Shown: positions 1 to 8,798 of the stretch, one piece after another | Layout of the letters: each line of letters begins with the position of its first letter | Position numbering within the stretch: the stretch's first letter is position 1 | Source of the DNA: Thermodesulfobacteriota bacterium | GTDB taxonomy: Bacteria > Desulfobacterota_D > UBA1144 > Nemesobacterales > N074bin48 | Reading direction: 5' to 3' | Assembly: GCA_041572575.1 (NCBI GenBank) | Contig: JBFFSH010000076.1 | Coordinates: forward strand, 1-12,633 | Length of the DNA: 12,633 nucleotides | The notes under the pieces: generated by a model | What the model saw: only the letters and a program-made list of their open reading frames with translations | What the model was told of the DNA's origin: nothing | Databases searched by the model: none | Program-made: the position numbers and the translations under genes

Positions 1-62
1 AGAACTTCTGCATGTCTTAAATATCTTATTATCTGCTCTGGTGTGTAACGCTTTCTGGGCAT
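1..62 (-). CDS. IS3-family transposase OrfA, N-terminal fragment (partial, cut by window edge)
   Basis: ATG at 62 (-) gives MPRKRYTPEQIIRYLRHAEV, the typical R-[YF]-T-x-E-Q-I OrfA start. AGGAGG lies upstream (cctcct at 71-76 on +). Confidence 0.88.
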   Translation of the reverse strand, partial: MPRKRYTPEQIIRYLRHAEV

Positions 63-141
63 TTCCCTTGCCTCCTATTCATAGGGTTTATTACCTAAAA
101 TTCTAACTTATAATCTGGTACTATTATATGGGGCAAGGTCA
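1..141 (-). mobile_element. IS3-family (IS407 group-like) insertion sequence, left end; element runs off the window start
   Basis: The - strand from 141 reads TGACCTTGCCCCATATAATAGTACCAG..., a TG-starting IS3-type terminus. It is followed by an AGGAGG RBS and a transposase OrfA N-terminus. 18 of the first 27 nt match the IS end at 12494. Confidence 0.88.
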
Positions 142-146
142 ACAAC

Positions 147-1157
147 ATGACCCGTATATTTTCGGTTTCCGGCACTTTCATGATGACTAGAACAGTTACA
201 CTTTCTAATCTTATTTTTGAAAACGGCCTTGTGTCAGGCACTATGAATGAGAATGGCGGCGCAATCGGGGCAACCGGCTTTCCATTTGCAGACCTCGTTA
301 TACAGGACTGCACATTCAGAAACAATAGAGTACAATGCGAAGGCACTTCATGTCAGGCAAGGGGAGGAGCAATATCAGCAGCAGGCCAACTCACAATAGT
401 AAGATCTACATTCGAGGGAAACACAACACATTGTAGTGTTAATAATCAACAGTGTTTTACAAGAGCAGGTGCGGTGGAACATGATAGCAATAGTTCTCTT
501 ACCATTTCAAATAGCACCTTTGCTAACAACCAGACTAGTTGCGAGGGCACAGGAGACAGTTCATGCACACTTGAAGGCGGTGCGCTCCATATAAGCAGCA
601 GCGGTAGCGTAATGAATAATAACACTTTTGCTGACAATACTATTCTGTGTGACGCTTCAACATGTTCACTATTCGGCAGCACAATTTATATTGATGGTAC
701 AGGTCCGGATACTACCAATACAATAATTACCAATGCACTCGGAGTTGTTCCTCCCAATTGCGACGGAACATTAACCGATTCAGGAAACAATCTACAGTTT
801 CCAGTTAACAGCTGTGGAGGGACTATCCCTACTGAAGATGCTGATCCTGAACCATTGGCTGACAATGGCGGCATAACTGAAACTATGGCAATCACAGAAG
901 AAAGCCCGGCATTTAATGAAGGGAACAACGGCACATGCGAAGATACCGACCAAAGAGGTGTTTCAAGACCCCAGGAAGGCACCTGTGATATAGGAGCTTA
1001 TGAATTAATACCTGACGATGAGCCACCTGCTCCACCTGCACCATCTGAGCCTGTAGTTATCGTCCCAACAATGGGACAGTGGGGCATGATTATACTTGCT
1101 GTATTTTCTATATTAATTAGCATCACCGCATTGAGAAATAGAAATGAAAATACATAA
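147..1157 (+). CDS. Surface protein with Pmp-like FxxN/GGAI beta-helix repeats, choice-of-anchor Q domain and IPTL-CTERM sorting signal; probably a 5'-truncated remnant
   Basis: Contains repeated FxxN...GGA[IVL] units and LADNGGITETMAI...SPA...DQRGVSRPQEGTCDIGAYE (choice-of-anchor Q). A Pro-rich linker precedes VPTMGQWGMIIL, a hydrophobic helix and an RNR tail (IPTL-CTERM-like). There is no signal peptide, and the ATG is 5 nt from the IS end. Confidence 0.82.
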   Translation: MTRIFSVSGTFMMTRTVTLSNLIFENGLVSGTMNENGGAIGATGFPFADLVIQDCTFRNNRVQCEGTSCQARGGAISAAGQLTIVRSTFEGNTTHCSVNNQQCFTRAGAVEHDSNSSLTISNSTFANNQTSCEGTGDSSCTLEGGALHISSSGSVMNNNTFADNTILCDASTCSLFGSTIYIDGTGPDTTNTIITNALGVVPPNCDGTLTDSGNNLQFPVNSCGGTIPTEDADPEPLADNGGITETMAITEESPAFNEGNNGTCEDTDQRGVSRPQEGTCDIGAYELIPDDEPPAPPAPSEPVVIVPTMGQWGMIILAVFSILISITALRNRNENT

Positions 1158-1186
1158 CACCTATTAACAACTAATTTTATTAAAAT

Positions 1187-1213
1187 AAAAAGGGAGCTAC
1201 GGCTCCCTTTTTT
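1187..1213. terminator. Bidirectional rho-independent terminator
   Basis: AAAAAGGGAGC-TACG-GCTCCCTTTTTT is a perfect 11-bp stem with a C(UACG)G tetraloop and A/T tracts on both sides. It lies between convergent stops at 1157 and 1237. Confidence 0.92.
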
Positions 1214-1236
1214 GTATTACTATTTTATTATATCTT

Positions 1237-2665
1237 CTAACCAGGCTTTATATTCTGATTAAGTCTAAATAGGTTATAAGGATCGTATTGTGTTTTTAAG
1301 GCTGTAAGCCTCTTTAGTTTGTCGTCTCCATAGGTGGACTTCACCCTTTCCTCGCCTTCATCACTACTCTGAAAATTAATGTACGATCCGCCGGTTGAAA
1401 ATTGCTGAAGAGCTTTCCAGAAATTTCTTGTCCATTCTATATGTGTTTTCTCTTCACAAGGATCATCCCAGGAAGCATTGATGTTAAGCGCAATAGCTGC
1501 ATTTCTGTGACTGTACGCCGTATCATTTTCACCAATATCACTAAATCGCACCTTTCATTTGAAATAGAGGCACAAGGGTTGTTGGTGAAGTAATATTCGA
1601 AACATGCTCTACAAGCGTATCTATGCAATCATATGAAAGTGGTTTAAGGTTTTCAGCTTTCCAGTAATATTTCTTACCCTTGGGCTGGCCGGCATCAAGC
1701 ATGCTTTGTAAATCTCTAAATATCATAGATTTAATTCCATTTGCATATGGTTTTGCAATCTCACCAATAGGTTTTGCATACTTCAAGCCTTCTTGAGCCG
1801 GGCCTGAATAACAAAATCCAAGCGCTACCATTGGTTTACCTATTTCACTCTTAGGAAATATAGGGGTATCCGGCACACAGCGGAGAACACATATCATACT
1901 TACCTCATTTGGTACTTCTTCAGAATATTGCTGGTAGAAATTAAGCACATCTTTTGCATATTCAAAGGGAAAGAAACAAAGACCTGCAGCAACTTCCGGG
2001 CCGAAATCATGTAGTCTGTACTCAAAATTAGTTACTATACCAAAATTGCCGCCACCTCCCCTTAGTCCCCAGAAGAGTTCAGGATTTTCATCTTTACTGG
2101 CTTTAACAAATTGTCCATTTGCAGTTACTACATCATAAGAAATAACATTATCGCATGTAAGTCCATACTTTCTCGATGTCCATCCAAACCCACCACCAAG
2201 CGTAAGCCCCGCGGCTCCTGTAGTTGTTACAATTCCTGCTGGTACAATCAGTCCAAATTTCTGAGTTTCATGATCCACCTCTCCAAGGCAGCAGCCGGGA
2301 GAAACATTTGCGGTTTTATTGTTTGGATCGACCCGTACAGAATTCATGAGTGATAGATCAATCATAAGCCCCTCGTCACAAACTGCGTTACCTGAAACGT
2401 TATGCCCTCCCCCTCTCACCGAGATAAGAATGTTATTTTCTCTTGCAAGATTTATGCAATCTATAACATCTGATACACCCTTGCACCTTGCTATCATTGC
2501 AGGCTTTTTATCAATCATACCGTTCCATATTTTTCTTACTTCTTCATATTCAGGATGATCGCCTAACAGTACTTCGCCTCTTAGTCCTGATATGAATTTA
2601 TCTAAGACATTTTCTTTAATAGATACAGTATCATTATCAAGTGTAGTGATTGTGAGTTTTGCCAT
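1237..2665 (-). pseudogene. FAD-binding oxidoreductase (FAD_binding_4 + BBE domain, 6-hydroxy-D-nicotine oxidase-like) interrupted by a single-base insertion
   Basis: ORF 1541-2665 has RGGGHN (covalent FAD His), GLTLGGGFGW and LFWGLRGGGGNFGIVT. ORF 1237-1551 has the BBE tail YINF...RLTALKTQYDPYNLFRLNQNI. Removing one base from the run at 1543-1545 joins them as KGAI-SDIGEND, about 475 aa. A GGAGA RBS precedes ATG 2665. The break could be a sequencing error. Confidence 0.85.
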
Positions 2666-2751
2666 TTAACATCTCCGTTTGTTTTAGGTGAGATCGGTAT
2701 ATATACTATTATTTTAACATCAATATTTAAGCTGTATAAACATTTTATGAT

Positions 2752-3498
2752 ATGGATAAGGAGAGCTTAGATAAAGCTATTGAGTTAGTTGAAAATGCAA
2801 ACATTGTAGCAGTCCTCACTGGTGCAGGGATATCAGAAGAGAGCGGCATTCCGACATTCAGGGATGAAGGTGGACTATGGAAAGAGCACAGACCGCAGGA
2901 CATTGCCACACCCGAAGCTTTTGCAAGAGACCCGCAGTTTGTATGGGAGTGGTATGATCTGAGGCGACAGACGATTATAGAAGCAGAACCTAACCCGGGC
3001 CATTTCGCTCTCGTTGAGCTAGAAAATAAAAAAGAGGGATTTACGCTCATTACTCAAAATATAGACGGGCTTCACAAAAAGGCCGGAAACAAAAGCATGA
3101 TCGAGATGCATGGCAACATATGGCAAATGCGGTGCACAAAGTGCGGACATATCTATCATGACTACGAAGTTCCTTTGAAACAGATTCCGCCCTCATGTGA
3201 AAAATGTGGAGAGATGACAAGACCAAATGTTGTCTGGTTTGGTGAAATTATTCCCATGTCTGCAATTGACGCATGTGTAATAGCAATAGATAAATGTGAC
3301 GTAATGCTTATCATCGGCACATCTGGTGTAGTAGAACCAGCAGCATCAATGGGACTTATGGCAATGAGGTCTGGAAAAAAAGTGATTGAGATTAACCTCG
3401 ATACCACACCGGGCACGGGCATGTATGATATTTCACTAAAAGGAAAATCGGGTGAAATTCTTCCTGAGTTTTATAAACATACAACTGAATATAATTAA
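2752..3498 (+). CDS. cobB: NAD-dependent protein deacylase, Sir2/CobB family (class III-like)
   Basis: Motifs GAGISEESGIPTFR, TQNIDGLH, catalytic HG, Zn ligands CTKC/CEKC, RPNVVWFGE and GTS. The WYDLRR segment has the Y-x-x-R pair associated with desuccinylase activity. Confidence 0.95.
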   Translation: MDKESLDKAIELVENANIVAVLTGAGISEESGIPTFRDEGGLWKEHRPQDIATPEAFARDPQFVWEWYDLRRQTIIEAEPNPGHFALVELENKKEGFTLITQNIDGLHKKAGNKSMIEMHGNIWQMRCTKCGHIYHDYEVPLKQIPPSCEKCGEMTRPNVVWFGEIIPMSAIDACVIAIDKCDVMLIIGTSGVVEPAASMGLMAMRSGKKVIEINLDTTPGTGMYDISLKGKSGEILPEFYKHTTEYN

Positions 3499-3506
3499 CC
3501 TCTCAG

Positions 3507-5171
3507 TCAAGTAGGGCCCTTATTTCTGGATTTCTTGTACATTATAAATGCTTCGAGTAGAAGCCATACCGCAAGAGCCAGAACTATAGCGGAGAGTACA
3601 AGCAACAGCGGATTATTAACAAATGCCTGAAAATTTAAAATCATAGATCCTATAGTAATAAGTATTAAAAACACCATGGGTACGAGTGTATAAATAACAG
3701 GTCTTCCGGTTTTCCAGAGATAGATACTCGCTACCAGGAGAGTAAGCCCCCCTACAAGCTGATTAGTGGCACCAAAAAGAGGCCATAATAAAAACCCTCC
3801 TGAGCCCGGACCTTTACCAGGTGCCTGAGCTAAAAGGGCTAAAAGCAGAGCCGGTACTACAGCAAGTAATGCTCCCACGTATCTGTTTTTTAGAGGCTCT
3901 ATTTTATAAGCAGTTCCTAATTCACCAAGAATAAGCCTTTGTATTCTTGTTGCAGTATCAAGGGAAGTTGCTGCAAAACTTATTACTATTACACTTATAA
4001 GAGTGGTGCCAAATAGCTCGGGAATATGAATGGCTTTTAAAAAACTGCTCGAACCAATAACGAAATTTGATATACCTCCGCTCGAGGCCGACTGCCAGGA
4101 ATCATAATGAACAAGCCAGTCCGATCTCTGTATCCCTGCTGCAACAGCTAGAGTAGCTATCATGGCAAGAGTGCCCTCGCCTATCATACCCCCGTATCCT
4201 ATCTGCCTTGCATCGGTCATCCTGTTTAACTGTTTTGAAGTTGTACCACTCGATACAAGCCCGTGAAATCCGCTTATTGCTCCGCAGGCAATAGTTACAA
4301 AAATGAAAGGAAATATTGGTATTCCACCCTCCGCATTTGAATTGAATGCCGGGGCCTGCATCTGAGGATGCGCTACAAATAGACCAATTATTAATATTCC
4401 AAGTCCTACTATGAGCTGGTGGCTGTTTATATAGTCTCTTGGCTGCAATAGTGTCCACACGGGAAGGATGGAAGCTATAAAAGAGTAGACCATTAGTATA
4501 AGTATCCATGTAACAACCTGTGAACCCATCACCGCAGGAATTGTTATGGGGACACTAGTTCCTAGCCAGATCATGAAATACAGGGATATAAGCGCTACAA
4601 TAGACGGGATGAGTATTGGCACTCCCCTTTTATAAAAAAGAAACCCAATAGCTACAGCAACCACTATCTGAAAGTTTACCGGCAGTACACTTGTAGGGAA
4701 CTTTGTAAAAAGCACGGCAATTGCAAAAGCAAATACTGCAATTACAAAAAAGATGAGAAAATAGACTATAAGCAGGAATAGTGTCCTTGCACGTGGGTTT
4801 ACTAAAATACCGGCAAGATCACCCACTGACCTCCCCTTATTTCTTGCTGAAACGACAAGAGCACTGAAGTCATGCACCGCACCCATAAATATTGTTCCAA
4901 GACAAACCCAGATAATTGCAGGTACCCAACCCCAGAAAACCGCAATCGCAGGTCCTATTATTGGAGCTGCTCCGGCTATAGATGCAAAATGGTGCCCAAA
5001 TAGTACGTGCTTATTGCTTGGTACATAGTCTACTCCGTCTTTTAGCTCATGTGCGGGCGTTACTTCATCATCAGAAAGTCTAAATATTTTTTTTGCTATA
5101 AAATGTGAATAATATCTATATCCTAAAAAATATAGAGTTAATACAATAATAGCTATAAGTGCTGCGTTCAT
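3507..5171 (-). CDS. cstA: Carbon starvation protein A (CstA) family peptide/pyruvate transporter
   Basis: Motifs TPAHELKDGVDYVP, LFGHHFASIAGAAPIIGP, GAVHDF, IACGAISGFHGLVSSGTTSKQ and LWPLFGATNQL, with many hydrophobic segments. Start moved from 5216 to the ATG at 5171 (MNAALIA), which fits the usual family N-terminus. Confidence 0.93.
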   Translation of the reverse strand: MNAALIAIIVLTLYFLGYRYYSHFIAKKIFRLSDDEVTPAHELKDGVDYVPSNKHVLFGHHFASIAGAAPIIGPAIAVFWGWVPAIIWVCLGTIFMGAVHDFSALVVSARNKGRSVGDLAGILVNPRARTLFLLIVYFLIFFVIAVFAFAIAVLFTKFPTSVLPVNFQIVVAVAIGFLFYKRGVPILIPSIVALISLYFMIWLGTSVPITIPAVMGSQVVTWILILMVYSFIASILPVWTLLQPRDYINSHQLIVGLGILIIGLFVAHPQMQAPAFNSNAEGGIPIFPFIFVTIACGAISGFHGLVSSGTTSKQLNRMTDARQIGYGGMIGEGTLAMIATLAVAAGIQRSDWLVHYDSWQSASSGGISNFVIGSSSFLKAIHIPELFGTTLISVIVISFAATSLDTATRIQRLILGELGTAYKIEPLKNRYVGALLAVVPALLLALLAQAPGKGPGSGGFLLWPLFGATNQLVGGLTLLVASIYLWKTGRPVIYTLVPMVFLILITIGSMILNFQAFVNNPLLLVLSAIVLALAVWLLLEAFIMYKKSRNKGPT

Positions 5172-5228
5172 TTTTTCATACCATGTGATTAATAAATCAT
5201 GAATTATATAACACAATAAGAAATAAGA

Positions 5229-6194
5229 CTATTGGTGTCTGGAATTTAGGTACATATTAACCGCCACCTTAATAGCTTGTATCATACTTGATGGATTTGC
5301 TTCTCCCTTCCAAGCAATATCAAACGCCGTGCCGTGATCCGGAGAGGTTCTTATAAATGGCAAGCCAATTGTCACATTCACTCCCTTTTCAAAGTTAAGC
5401 ATTTTAAACGGAATAAGCCCCTGATCATGATACATAGCAACTACAATGTCCCACCTGCCGCCTGCTGCATGATAAAACAGAGTGTCTGCAGGAAGCGGGC
5501 CTTCAATATCCATTCCGCTGAGCCTTGCCCTGTCTATTGCAGGAATAATAATATCCTGTTCTTCTGTTCCAAAAGCACCTGCTTCGCCAGCATGTGGGTT
5601 TAGACCGCATACTACAATCCTGGGCCTTTCTATTCCAAAATAGTTCTTAAGAGCATCGTTTGCCATTACTAATTTATAAAAAAGATCATCTTTATTAAGA
5701 ATCCCCGGAACATCTTTAAGCGCTTCATGAATGGTTGCAAGAACTACCTTGAATTTATCCCCTTCAAACATCATGGCAAAATGATCGGCTCCGCTAAGCT
5801 CAGCAAGCATCTCGGTATGGCCGGGGAATTTTGAGCCAGCCAGATGAATCGCTTCTTTTGTAATTGGTGCAGTTACAATAAAATCGATCTTACTCTCTTT
5901 AATATGAGTAACCGCCGTTTCAATACATACAAGTGAAATTTCCCCGGATTCTTTACTCACTTTTCCGGGATTAAGATTATCCAGAGCAAAATCCCCGCAT
6001 TGTTCCATTTGATATACTGCGTCCATTGCAACTATATCTTTTGCCTTATCAAGGACATCCTTGCTTCCATAAACAATAGGACGGCAAATGCTCTGCACCT
6101 CGGCACAGCAAAGGGCTTTTAATATAATCTCCGGGCCTATACCATTTGGATCGCCCATAGTAATTCCTACAGTTGGTTTATATACGTCCTGCAT
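5229..6194 (-). CDS. pdxA: 4-hydroxythreonine-4-phosphate dehydrogenase
   Basis: Motifs ITMGDPNGIGPE, TAPITKE, FPGHTE, GLNPHAGE, AMYHDQGL and RTSPDHGTAFDIA. Confidence 0.95.
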   Translation of the reverse strand: MQDVYKPTVGITMGDPNGIGPEIILKALCCAEVQSICRPIVYGSKDVLDKAKDIVAMDAVYQMEQCGDFALDNLNPGKVSKESGEISLVCIETAVTHIKESKIDFIVTAPITKEAIHLAGSKFPGHTEMLAELSGADHFAMMFEGDKFKVVLATIHEALKDVPGILNKDDLFYKLVMANDALKNYFGIERPRIVVCGLNPHAGEAGAFGTEEQDIIIPAIDRARLSGMDIEGPLPADTLFYHAAGGRWDIVVAMYHDQGLIPFKMLNFEKGVNVTIGLPFIRTSPDHGTAFDIAWKGEANPSSMIQAIKVAVNMYLNSRHQ

Positions 6195-6242
6195 AGAAAG
6201 AATAATAAAGTGAATAGAAGATAAATAAAGAGTTTAGTGAAT

Positions 6243-7001
6243 TTAGGAAATACCGAACAGTTCTTTACAGTTATTTGTGGTTATTTGAGCAATTTCTTCA
6301 AATGATTTTTCTCTTACTTGAGCAAGAGTCTCTGCTACATGTTTTACATAGGCAGGCTCATTCTTTTTTCCTCTGTATGGAACCGGGGCAAGGTATGGTG
6401 AATCGGTTTCTACAAGCAACTTATCAAGCGGCAGTTTCTTTGCCACTTCCCTAAGCTCTTCTGATCTTTTGAATGTAAGAATTCCTGAAAATGAAATATA
6501 GAATCCAAGCTCTATATAAAGTTCTGCTGATTCATAATCTCCTGTAAAGCAGTGAATAACACCTTTTAGATCTGTGCATGAATTATCCTTAAGCATGGTC
6601 TTCATATCATCTTCACAGTCCCTTACGTGTAGAACTATTGGAAGTCCAGTTTCAATGCCTAGATTTATATGATTTTGCAGTGATTTTTTTTGAATATCCC
6701 TTGGAGAAAAATCGTAGAAGTAATCAAGCCCTGTTTCTCCGACTGCAACAATTTTTTCTGTGTTAGTTAACTCCGATAGTTCAGCAAAGACTTCCGTAGA
6801 ATAAGTTTTAGCTGCATGAGGATGAATACCAACTGCTCCATATACTCCCGGGTATTTATTTATAAACTCTATTGTCTCATGAGCCGACGGCAGATCGGAA
6901 GACATATTTATTATATTAGATACAGAATTATCAAGCGCATTTTGCACGGCCTGATCGATATTTTCTAAAGAGCCCAGATGGGCATGGGAATCTATAAGCA
7001 T
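6243..7001 (-). CDS. tatD: TatD-family metal-dependent hydrolase/DNase
   Basis: Motifs IDSHAHL, GIHPH, VGETGLDY, HCFTG and ETDSPYLAPVPYRGKKNEP. Confidence 0.95.
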   Translation of the reverse strand: MLIDSHAHLGSLENIDQAVQNALDNSVSNIINMSSDLPSAHETIEFINKYPGVYGAVGIHPHAAKTYSTEVFAELSELTNTEKIVAVGETGLDYFYDFSPRDIQKKSLQNHINLGIETGLPIVLHVRDCEDDMKTMLKDNSCTDLKGVIHCFTGDYESAELYIELGFYISFSGILTFKRSEELREVAKKLPLDKLLVETDSPYLAPVPYRGKKNEPAYVKHVAETLAQVREKSFEEIAQITTNNCKELFGIS

Positions 7002-7011
7002 AAATTAGTTT

Positions 7012-7485
7012 TTAGGAATCCGATCCGTCGTCTTTATCTTTTAGCAGGTCCTTAAGCTCATCCATAAACTGATTTACGTCTTTAAATGACCTATACACCG
7101 AGGCAAAGCGCACATAAGCAACCTCATCAACCTCATATAACTTTCTTATTACTTTCTCTCCAATTTCAGTGCTGCTTATTTCCTTGTCACCTCTTTCCTG
7201 AAACTCACGCTCGAGATTATTTATAAAACCCTCAATTGTGTCTACGCTTATGGGTCTTTTTTCACAGGCCTTGAGCATTCCATGTATAAGCTTGCTCTTA
7301 TCAAAGACCTCTTTGCTGCCGTCTTTTTTAACTACCAGAAAGTTCACCTCTTCCACTCTCTCATAGGTGGTAAACCTCTTGTTACATGCCAGGCATTCCC
7401 TTCTGCGCCTTACTGCAAGCCCGTCATTTGTAAGACGTGAATCCATAACCTTATTTTCCAGATCACTGCAAAATGGACATTTCAT
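7012..7485 (-). CDS. nrdR: Transcriptional repressor NrdR
   Basis: Zn ribbon MKCPFC...RRRRECLAC.KRFTTYE, ATP-cone VVKKDG...FDKSK, and C-terminal DEVAYVRFASVYRSF. Confidence 0.97.
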   Translation of the reverse strand: MKCPFCSDLENKVMDSRLTNDGLAVRRRRECLACNKRFTTYERVEEVNFLVVKKDGSKEVFDKSKLIHGMLKACEKRPISVDTIEGFINNLEREFQERGDKEISSTEIGEKVIRKLYEVDEVAYVRFASVYRSFKDVNQFMDELKDLLKDKDDGSDS

Positions 7486-7488
7486 TTA

Positions 7489-8733
7489 TTAAAGCAGCTC
7501 CTTATATATAGGAAAGCTTGTGCAGAGTTCTTTGACCTGCCCCTCAATCTTCTTAAGCTCGCCTTCGCTGTCTCTGTTTTCAACAGCCCTTGCTATCATG
7601 TCTGATATAGTAATCATCTCGCTTTCTTTCATGCCTCTTGTGGTAATAGCAGGAGTACCTATTCTTATCCCGCTTGTAATCATTGGGGGATTAGGATCAA
7701 AAGGTACGGCATTTTTGTTTACCGTAATACCAGCTTTTTCAAGTGCTTCCTCAGTTTCTTTTCCTGTAAGCTCTTTATTTGTAAGATCAACAAGCACAAG
7801 GTGAGTATCCGTGCCGCCTGTAAGAATATTAAACCCATGCTCCTGCAGCCTCTCGGCCATGGTCTGAGCATTTTTTACAATCTGTTTTTGATAATCTTTA
7901 AACTCCGGCTGCAGGGCTTCAAGAAATGCAACGGCCTTTGCAGCAATTACATGCATTAGCGGCCCTCCCTGAGTGCCGGGAAACACCCTGCTATTAATAA
8001 CCTTAGCATGTTCTTCATCTGTCATGACCATACCGCCCCTTGGGCCTCTAAGTGTCTTATGTGTAGTTGTTGTTACAAAATGGCAGTGAGGTACGGGGTT
8101 TGGATAAAGGCCGGTAGCTACAAGACCCGATGGATGGGCTATATCTGCCATTAGAAGCGCCCCCACTTCGTCTGCTATTTCTCTAAATATTTTAAAATCA
8201 ATTTTCCTTGGATATGCGCTCCACCCCACTACTATAAGCTTTGGATTATGCTTTTGAGCAAGGCTTCTTACCTCATCATAGTCAATTAAGGAATCTTCTT
8301 TTTTAACCCCGTAGGCAACTATATTGTATAGCCTGCCTGAAAAGTTTACAGGGCTTCCATGAGTAAGATGACCGCCGTGGGCAAGGTTCATTCCCAGCAC
8401 CGTATCACCAGGCTGAACTGCTGCAAAATATACAGCCATATTGGCCTGTGCTCCCGAATGAGGCTGTACATTTACAGCATGCGCCCCAAAAAGCTTCTTT
8501 GCCCTTTCTATAGCAAGGGTTTCTGCTATATCCACAAACTCGCATCCTCCATAGTATCTTTTGCCCGGAAGACCCTCTGCGTATTTGTTGGTTAGTACCG
8601 TCCCTAAAGCCTCCATAACGGCTCTGCTTACATAGTTTTCTGAAGCTATGAGTTCAAGCTTCCATTCCTGTCTTGCAATTTCAGATTTAATAACATCATA
8701 TATTTCAGGATCAGTGTCCATTATAGATTGCAT
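7489..8733 (-). CDS. glyA: Serine hydroxymethyltransferase
   Basis: Motifs [34 protein letters not shown], the PLP-Lys motif [13 protein letters not shown] and [14 protein letters not shown]. Start placed at ATG 8733 because GGAGG lies at 8745-8749. Confidence 0.97.
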   Translation of the reverse strand: MQSIMDTDPEIYDVIKSEIARQEWKLELIASENYVSRAVMEALGTVLTNKYAEGLPGKRYYGGCEFVDIAETLAIERAKKLFGAHAVNVQPHSGAQANMAVYFAAVQPGDTVLGMNLAHGGHLTHGSPVNFSGRLYNIVAYGVKKEDSLIDYDEVRSLAQKHNPKLIVVGWSAYPRKIDFKIFREIADEVGALLMADIAHPSGLVATGLYPNPVPHCHFVTTTTHKTLRGPRGGMVMTDEEHAKVINSRVFPGTQGGPLMHVIAAKAVAFLEALQPEFKDYQKQIVKNAQTMAERLQEHGFNILTGGTDTHLVLVDLTNKELTGKETEEALEKAGITVNKNAVPFDPNPPMITSGIRIGTPAITTRGMKESEMITISDMIARAVENRDSEGELKKIEGQVKELCTSFPIYKELL

Positions 8734-8764
8734 TAATAATAAAACCTCCAAAAAAATTACTGGA

Positions 8765-8793
8765 ATGTTATCTAACTACTGGTGTATAAGCAA
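8765..8793 (-). promoter_or_regulatory. Candidate sigma70 promoter for the glyA-nrdR cluster
   Basis: On the - strand, TTGCTT (8793-8788) is followed by 17 nt and then TAACAT (8770-8765), just upstream of the glyA RBS. Confidence 0.55.
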
Positions 8794-8798
8794 GAAAT

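Noticed and set aside
95..982. - strand ORFs 95-346, 446-682 and 686-982
   Set aside because: Antisense shadows of the surface-protein gene with no recognisable motifs.
1237..1551. Standalone 104-aa BBE-domain gene
   Set aside because: It is the C-terminal part of the frameshifted oxidoreductase. The GTG start is incidental.
2752..3498. Sir2-domain anti-phage system (Thoeris/DSR-like)
   Set aside because: This is a canonical Zn-binding, single-domain CobB sirtuin with no TIR, HerA or Argonaute partner nearby.
5172..5216. 15-aa N-terminal extension of CstA in the ORF track
   Set aside because: It is AT-rich intergenic-looking sequence, and MNAALIA at 5171 fits the family start better.
1402..5603. 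Short ORFs 1402-1593, 1437-1628, 2111-2353, 2319-2558, 2745-3050, 3162-3422, 4102-4509 and 5334-5603
   Set aside because: All overlap well-supported genes in another frame or strand and have no motifs.
6243..7001. TatD as part of a defence system (QatD-like)
   Set aside because: It has housekeeping TatD motifs in a core-gene context, with no qatABC-like neighbours.
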